Assembly: GCA_038881635.1 (NCBI GenBank)
Contig: JAVZPJ010000001.1
Span: forward strand, 286,986 to 310,985
Origin: Sulfolobales archaeon
Lineage (GTDB): Archaea > Thermoproteota > Thermoprotei_A > Sulfolobales > AG1
DNA: 24,000 nucleotides
Direction of reading: 5' to 3'
Position 1 is the stretch's first letter, and every line of letters begins with the position of its first letter. The notes under the pieces were generated by a model, which ran no database searches, was not told the origin of the DNA, and worked only from the letters and a program-made list of their open reading frames with translations. Shown here piece by piece: positions 23,925 through 24,000 of this stretch. A program made the position numbers and the translations under genes.

Positions 23925-24000
23925 ATGACGTCAGAGCAGAGTTTTCATCCTAGGATTCGTATTGAAAAGAGAAATGAGAAAGAGCTTATATTCTATCTCG
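23925..24000 (+). CDS. rpoL: Partial CDS (N-terminal 25 codons), possibly DNA-directed RNA polymerase subunit L (Rpo11)
   Basis: Hand-translated: MTSEQSFHPRIRIEKRNEKELIFYL..., open to the window end. The pattern IRIEKRNEKELIFYL resembles the RpoL start (kIeil.k..nel.fei.GEDHT). The diagnostic GEDHT motif would lie beyond the window. Confidence 0.3.
   Translation, partial: MTSEQSFHPRIRIEKRNEKELIFYL

Noticed and set aside
1-24000. Search for CRISPR arrays, IS elements or transposases, integrases, toxin-antitoxin pairs, restriction-modification or other defence genes, inteins in polB1 or cdc48, and tRNA/rRNA genes
   Set aside because: None found. No spaced direct repeats are present. All large ORFs have housekeeping signatures, and the polymerase and AAA motifs are contiguous with no intein-sized insertions. 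No spacer is long or GC-rich enough to contain a structured RNA gene that I can recognise.

Overview
AT-rich (roughly 36-38% GC by eye), very tightly packed archaeal chromosome segment. Gene content points to a crenarchaeote: a family-B polymerase that aligns by eye with Sulfolobus Dpo1/PolB1, plus PAN, CDC48, aEF-1beta, S25e and deoxyhypusine synthase. I cannot name the organism. About 23 protein genes sit on both strands and most are housekeeping. They cover translation and RNA modification (TrmI, S25e, aEF-1beta with its Zn-ribbon partner, deoxyhypusine synthase, a COG2521-type methyltransferase, a TGT_C2+PUA protein, and the first 25 codons of a probable RpoL). They also cover protein quality control (NFACT/Rqc2 homologue, HtrA protease, CDC48, PAN, PAC2/Pba chaperone), a tungsten-type aldehyde:ferredoxin oxidoreductase, an isolated A-ATPase subunit C gene behind a coiled-coil ORF, and PolB1. 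I found no rRNA, tRNA, CRISPR array, transposase, integrase or recognisable defence genes. Expression signals look crenarchaeal. First genes have a TATA-like box about 25 nt upstream of the start codon, suggesting leaderless mRNAs, while internal operon genes have GGAG/GGTG Shine-Dalgarno-like sites. GTG and TTG starts are frequent. I do not see a convincing new multi-gene system; this is mostly core genome. The items most worth follow-up are: (1) a roughly 10-fold excess of the palindrome AGATCT, in genes and spacers alike; (2) an orphan 540-aa secreted protein with an archaeal type-IV-pilin-like signal peptide; (3) an orphan 416-aa protein that reads like a tandem HTH/Lrp-like module, behind the longest spacer, which holds a 16-nt palindrome; (4) a tightly coupled pan-PUA-PAC2 operon, where CDC48 and PAC2 end in an HbYX tail but PAN does not; (5) 70-83-nt near-identical nucleotide blocks shared by three AAA+ modules; (6) an A-ATPase subunit C gene whose conserved N-terminus runs upstream of any canonical start codon and is in frame with the preceding ORF across a single TAG. 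All family assignments come from reading the translations, and no database search was run.
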